Below, piece after piece: positions 57,172 to 64,000 of a stretch of 64,000 nucleotides of DNA (the stretch's first letter is position 1; the number at the start of each line of letters is the position of its first letter). The position numbers and the translations under genes are program-made. The DNA comes from Tubulanus polymorphus (taxonomy: Eukaryota > Animalia > Nemertea). Under the pieces are notes generated by a model, which was not told the origin of the DNA, ran no database searches, and saw only the letters and a program-made list of their open reading frames with translations. The stretch spans positions 27,818,299-27,882,298 of the forward strand of contig NC_134025.1 of assembly GCF_964204645.1 (NCBI RefSeq). The letters run 5' to 3'.

Positions 57172-57964
57172 AACATCTAGATTATTCCTGGAGATATAGA
57201 TCGGATATTTTCCGAAGATTCCATAGTTTTTGGCATTAATATCTTCATACAACTAAATTTGTAAATACATGTACATCCCAATTGTATGATATAGATTTCA
57301 TGTCAATATCGGCTTACTATTTGTTGATACTTTTAAGTTTTAATATTTTTTATCATCTATTATCAATATTTTTTATCATATATAGTTATTTCAAACAGAT
57401 ATACTTGTCAGGTTGTGTAGTTATATGCATAATTACTGACGATGGTGGGTCAAAAGTTTGAAAATTAATGATTTACTCCTTTTCTGACCATATTTCATTA
57501 CCATGATTATTTATTATTTCATTATGTGCTGCGCCTGACTATGGCATGAATGCTTTAGTCCCAAAACTCAAACTCTTCCATTTTACATAAAATATCTGTG
57601 TTATCATGCATTTTAAAAAGATTTTATGTAGCGTTGTTGTATTTTTGGTTTTTACCAGTTTTAAATCAATAAAAGGGTTTGTTACTGGAATGAAAATTAG
57701 TTTGTCCTTTGAATTGAAAACACTGCAAAAGAGTGGATTAAGTCAAAGTGAAATAGGTTATATTGCGCACAGATTTTGAATATCAACGACAGACAATTAA
57801 TTACAGTCCAGGCCCATAATTGATATCTAAGAATTTGGGATTTACCTAAATAATCTATTAAGAGAAACAATGATGTTTCTTTAAAGCAGGGGTTTCGATG
57901 AATCTCAAAACAAAACTCAAAAATATATACTTTAGATATCAATTAACAGACATTAACAATAAGG

Positions 57965-59667
57965 TTAAGCAAATTCGTTCACAATAGCTGGTCTGAAATT
58001 GCTTATACTGAAACAAACATAAACTATCCTAGAACCCATATTGACTTTACTAAGCGGCAGGTCTTTTTTCAAAATAAGAAAAGTTTTTGACAATCCGATT
58101 ACTCTTTCTACTTGGATGCGTTTACTGGCTACTCTACGATCATGAACTACTTGTTCAGGTTCAAGTTGACTCTTGCCCTTCAATAAAGTTGGGGTGTTCA
58201 CCTTAATGTTCTTGGTAGCAAAAAGATCTTGTACCATTATACCTCTATCGGCCATGATGCTGTCATTCGAGCTGAAGTATTTTGAGGTGTTTGAACACAG
58301 CTGGGATCGTTCAATGATTTGTCGGTCACTTGTTGAACCCGCATAACTTTCACTTACATAACTAACGACCCCTCTCGGTGATATTCCAACCATAGTTTTA
58401 AGCGTGTTCTTATGTTTGTATGTGCTGAAAGTTGCAGTTTGAGATTTTACATTCGACGGCTTTTCAATTGGAATCTCTGTAGCATCTAAAATAACTCTGG
58501 TTGACGGAAAATGATGCTTAAAGCCACTGGGCATGAAACAGTCTATCTCTTCTCTCTCTGGCCATGTATTGATTTCACTTAATTGGAAATACATGAAGTT
58601 TACCCAGGTTAACACAATCCTAGAAACTACACTCTCTGATATGCCGAACAGAATACTCAGTTCTATATCTTCCTTGGCACGCCTTAATTTGATTAATGTC
58701 AAGAAAAATTGATTGACCGGTGTTAGTTTCTGACATTTGTAATTCAAATCGTACGCAGCAGGTCCTAGTACACTGAAAAACATCATCAAATGTTCATAGT
58801 CTTTAAAACTGGTGTAATATTTGATCGACCTAGGATCCACCATAAATCTCTCGATACAGAAAAATTGATCTGAAAGGAGGGAACACTGAATATTCTTATC
58901 CAAGTTAGTGTTTTTATTGGTTGGTTCCTCTATTATGTCCATTCTGTAATTGCTGGTATGTTGTAGGCCTATTTCAACTTCAGTGGCTATGTCATGGTGT
59001 ACAGGTTCTTCCTCCAGTTTTAATCTTCGCCGACTGGCTCTACTTTCTCTCTCTGAATCTGAGGAAACTGGTGGTGTGAAGGCAAATATACGCGGAATGG
59101 CATTCTCTTTTAATTTTCTTCTAGAACCTGAAACACATAAAGAAAAAAACATATTTCTACTCAAAGATCAACAGCTGCCAGTCAAGTCAACAACCTTTAA
59201 ATTAAAAAGATAAATCTACCACATAAATTATTAGGCCTATTGTTGTTATTATCATAATTGAGTTATATCATTATCCTGTTATCAACAAACTACTATGATG
59301 ATATGAAAATAAGCGCCTGGCTTTTTAAAAAAAGTTCAAAACATCGACATTGCATAATATCGATAGGCCCAAGCTGAGGCCTAAACGAATCAGCCTGCCT
59401 TGGATCTTGACCGCTTATTTCACCTTAGTTGGAAAACTCAATAGGAAAGCCATATTTACCGGTAAGTGTCTGTTTATAGTCCGTTGGTAAAAAATGTCGA
59501 TGGCATACGATAGCTGTATCCGATGGCTGCCATAATTTTGCAGATTTCTCGCTACTCTGTAGTCGTTTTATCGCAACAAGCCATTTCATTTTCAAATCTG
59601 TGTTCGTAGGGAACTTAAATCCGCCTACTCTTGACTTACAAAGGGGTACACAACAATAGCGAGGCAT
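57965..59667 (-). CDS. THAP + HTH + DDE_Tnp_4 transposase
   Basis: Exon 59667-59460 (MPRYCCVPLC...FKFP...W...VCHRHF, THAP) spliced to 59127-57965 (LKENAIPRIF AVP-like box; VILDATE, MADRG, RIQVERVIG catalytic motifs); no stops or frameshifts. Confidence 0.92.
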
Positions 59668-60235
59668 TATAATAGATTCAAGCGCTTTTCAAATCGTCAA
59701 TTCGCTCGAACGCGGAGATGAATAAAATGTTGTTTACAATTCAAATTCAAATCACTAGGGCCACTAACACGCGCGCGCCATCTCGCGGCAGCGCTCAGCG
59801 CGGCGAGCCCCATTAGGAAGCTTATCGCGAGAAAGAGCCGTCGGGATGAGTAGAGAGTCAGGTAATCAAATGATATTGTTGAGAATAACAGGATGACAAT
59901 GAACTGAGAGCGGGTGGATGATGATTACGCGAAAGTGAAAGAAAGCAATCAATATGTCAACATTGCTCATACTGCACATCAACCCGTGACAGATACAGCC
60001 AGAAGGGGAATTCAACTTGCAGAACACGTCGAGCGGTAGTTCTTCTTCAGTCGAGCAGAAATCTGTAAATCTCACTGACACATGTTTCACCAATTTACAG
60101 CTTCTCATACGCATGCAATTAGAACGCAAAATTGGTCGGTTCAAATAAAATTAACAGGTCCTAGATCACAAGAGATTGATTCCATGGCCGCCTTGGATGG
60201 TATGGCTTTGACAACGAGGTGTTTCATTTGCTTAT

Positions 60236-60236
60236 T

Positions 60237-60295
<59 letters not shown>

Positions 60296-60349
60296 TGGAG
60301 TGGGAGAGAGTGAGAGAGAGGGAGAGAGAGAGAGTGGGAGAGAGAGTGA
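60236..60349. repeat. (GA)n microsatellite, degenerate on the right
   Basis: Direct reading. Confidence 0.95.
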
Positions 60350-63300
60350 GTGCGAGTAGCTTGACTATTTTAAAGTAATGGAGACAGCGACTGCACCAAT
60401 GAATAATCTGTCAGAAAGAGTTATTGACAAAGACTAAGCTGACAATAATAAGCTCAGACGGACAATATCTGCAACACTGCTGTCAGAGTGGCAGATCAAT
60501 TTCACAGTCGAAGGAAATCCCAGTGATTTTAAGGTGTGGATGCGTGATTATGAACCTCAACTAGCAGAACAGCTCAAATACTGATTAATCATGATTATTA
60601 CTAAATGGAATTAAAGTCTATATTTCTAGTGTCAGGAATGAACGGAGGGGGTAGTTCCACACAACGAACTCGAGTAACTGGCTCTGATATTGACGGGTAT
60701 GGAAGGTTGCTGAGCACCAACGGGGGTTTGGGGTAATCCCATCCATTTCTAAAAATCGACCACCACAAAATGTAACTTCTTGCTTTTGGAACAGTCAACA
60801 GGACATTTTTGATTGATTGCCAGGATAAAACCACTGGGAAGCCCACTTTGGAAAATGAAAAAAGTAGTGACATACCAACTGTTTAAGCGCCATTGATATA
60901 GCAGCCCATGTACAAATACAGCGGTGTTGAACTACAGTCAATTTCACACTTGTTCAATATTACACTCATTTTTATATAGCATGTACATTCATCCATCATC
61001 TAGGCCTATATCATGACATAATTCTATCAAGTTGACGACGAACTCGTCCACAGTGTCATAATGTTAATCACTATTCTAATGAATGCAGCAAAAATCAAAT
61101 TAACTGAAATTCTGTATTTCAAAGGCGAAATATCTAAAAACATGAAAGACCTGTTATTTGCCTAGGGGTTTGATAGCAATTTTAGCAAAAGGTTTCTTTT
61201 TTGATTAACAGCATTAAATGGCAGTCACTTGAGGGTATATTAATCAATTAGCTAATTTTAATTGTAAATGTGAAGTTTCAAATGTACGTGGTAACATACA
61301 TGAACTCGACATGAAATTAGTATATACGGGTACTGGAATTAACACATTTACAATGAAATTTTCAAACCCCTTTTACCACCTTTGCTTACATTTTCAGTAG
61401 GCTAAAATGATTTTGTAAGCGACTGCTACTATGGGTCTTGGGTGATGAGAAATGTCTATAGTTATAACATGGACCTACAAACATGGATGTGTAGCTTATA
61501 TCCATAGTTAAAATCACTCTTAATTTCAAAGATTTTCAAGTGAGGACCTTCAGACCCCTTCCTTGCAAGGCAGCCATGTACACAGTACCTATATATATAT
61601 ATCTGGACCCCCTCAAAAATTTTCTTGTGATGTCTACAACAAATTAAAAGGTGCCATAATTCACCACATTAACGCAAGGCCTTGTGTTTGAATATTAGGA
61701 GGAAAATTTTAAAACTCACAACATCCATTGTAGAGAAGCAAAAAATCATCAATAACTGATATGAATGGACAATTCTTACAGCCTGCTGGTAGTTGCCTTC
61801 GTTCGTTCCAAAACTAGGAGACTTCATCAATACCACATTACATATCACTGATAAAAAGAGTCCTCAGAATGCAAGTCAAGTGTGTGCATGAAAACAGTAT
61901 CAAACTGGTTTCCAAGGCAATATTGTATTGTATATGACTGGGATAGATTCCATGGATTTTATTGAATTGGTTATCATTCATTCCACAGACGCGAACGGAT
62001 GCGAGGAGGAGATCCGACAGAAAATAAAACTACCGAGATGAAAATGCGTGTTCGCAATACACCGCGAAATAAATAATCCATAATTTGATACAGTTTCCTA
62101 CCAAGAACGTAAGAACTGCAACACGACAAACATAGATATCTAGAATGATTGTGAATAACCGGGCAAAGGGTGGCCGTGCAGTTTTGGAAAACACAGAAAT
62201 AATAAATGCCGGATTGAAATATGAAATGATTTCAAATGAACCGCAGTCAAGCAATGGAATAGTCGATTAACTTCCAGGAACTACTAAATGATCGGTAACC
62301 ATAGCGACAGAAAATATTCGCGCAATTCAAATCAAGTTTTTCGTGAAAGACATTAATCCGAAGGTATTCAGTATTGGTTTCAGATAAAACAGACACACAT
62401 CTGATGACGGCTTGTCAACCATTCACGACTAGCGAATAAATGTAACTAATGAAATTTGACATACAACATCCACCGAGGCATTCATCGGAATACTGGTACA
62501 CGACGCCGACGCCGTGTGAACCAGATACAAAAAAGAACCAACATTCTCAAGTATGGTTATGATTGAATGTTTGCGCACATTTTGATCAAATTCTAACTGA
62601 AGAAGATGAATTGCATTCCCATTAACGATATGTACATAATGTTTAATAATGCCACTAAATTATAATTGGCAGCTGCCGCAATTGAAATAATGAGTGCGGA
62701 AATATATTAGAACAGTCTGTTGCGGGTTGCACAAACAAGCCAGAAAAATCATATTAAACCTCATAAGAAAATGCTAGAATAACGATCTTTTCAAGAAAAT
62801 GTTCACAAATGCCTCCTGAAAACCCATACTTTATACATTGATCAGAGAAAGTGATGCGATGTGGTTAGAGTGAACACAACAGACGTGATAGAGAAGACTA
62901 GAATGCTATTACGTGCAATTACTGGCAGTAAAAGTGACAATAAATGATGGGTTTTCTTTATTAGCTTCGATTAATTGTCAGTCGTGACTAAAAGTAATGA
63001 AAACCAAACAGATTTATTCAACACTTCGAACTGAATAAGTGTCTGAACACATGCACAGAAACGGAGTCCTTACAATATATAGAATTGCTGTATCACATCT
63101 ATCCTTGCATTAAACGCAGCCCTTGGACAGTGAATACAAATTAACAGAGCCCTAAATATTTCAGAATATGTGAAATCTAACACATGTTACAGCCGCCCTA
63201 TTCACAGAGAATTGATCTCAAAGCCGAAGATAACCGTGATCAAAATATTGACAGAAGCTAACTTACTGCAATGGCTATTTCTGAAGGATTTAATGCTTCC

Positions 63301-64000
63301 AGTAACCTGTTGCCATTATCTACCAGTATCAATTACACTTAGTGATGATACAGCTGTTCGCTCTGGTGGCACAGCTATATAGATAGATAGCTGCACCACG
63401 TTTTTAGCTCGGTTACCAGCAGCGATAAATATTGACAGGAACCAGCATCGAGGATTTAATCCGTGTAATAAGATACATTAAAAAAAACGTGCCTAAAAAT
63501 CTTACTGCAGCAAAATCATGTACATAGATTTCTTAATGGAACTAGTAATTATCAAAAACACTCGCTCTTCAAATACCCTCAACAAAAACAATTCGATGAG
63601 ATCAAAATTAAGATTGCAACTAATAAAATGTTTAATCTTACCTATTTTGAAGAGTGAATCCATCATCATAATATTACATGCAGACGATGCACATGTGGAT
63701 TACAATCCTGAAAAGGAACAAAAAGCAAACACTCAAATAGGAATACACTACAACTACCGGTTTAACATTATCGATGTCAAGTCAAATGCCACTTTCCTCT
63801 CTTACCACCGTCACAAACAATCAGATGAAACAATATGTCTACTTTGTGTCAATAGCACGATTTTCCAATGACCAATGAAATTATGTGACCTCTACAATAT
63901 TACCGACAACGCCGAGAATCAATCTGCGCACATTGTCACCATGGAAACAAAAAAAACCTTTTGATCACGATGAAAACCCGCTCAAGTTAAAATCTTTATC

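Larger units (their letters stand above)
54266..59811. mobile_element. Autonomous ISL2EU-type (PIF/Harbinger-related) DNA transposon, 5546 bp
   Basis: AT|GGGGCTCGCCG...CGGCGAGCCCC|AT: 11-bp perfect TIR, AT target duplication, further imperfect subterminal symmetry; two convergent intact spliced genes inside. Confidence 0.9.

Overview
Eukaryotic, AT-rich, intron-containing animal DNA, probably a marine invertebrate or lophotrochozoan (inference from gene content and short ~65-100 nt introns). Left to right: (1) 5' part of a quaking/how STAR-family gene (minus strand, running off the left edge), with two tandem phase-matched QUA2 exons that look mutually exclusive; (2) a C11orf65/MFI homolog with extra IQ motifs (-); (3) three tandem lambda-crystallin/CRYL1 paralogs (+); (4) a microbial-type Appr-1-p macro-domain gene (-), head-to-head with (5) mitochondrial thiolase ACAT1 (+); (6) an atypical E2F7/8 gene (+); (7) a WS/DGAT-family gene whose catalytic HHxxxDG motif reads HPSLTDG (-); (8) an apparently intact 5.5-kb ISL2EU-type DNA transposon (TIRs, AT target duplication) with a THAP-DDE transposase and a convergent spliced SAP-SWIM-YqaJ exonuclease gene. 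Several MITEs with target-site duplications sit in introns. All exon models were built by eye from GT-AG boundaries and reading phase. No database searches were run, so family assignments rest on recognised motifs.
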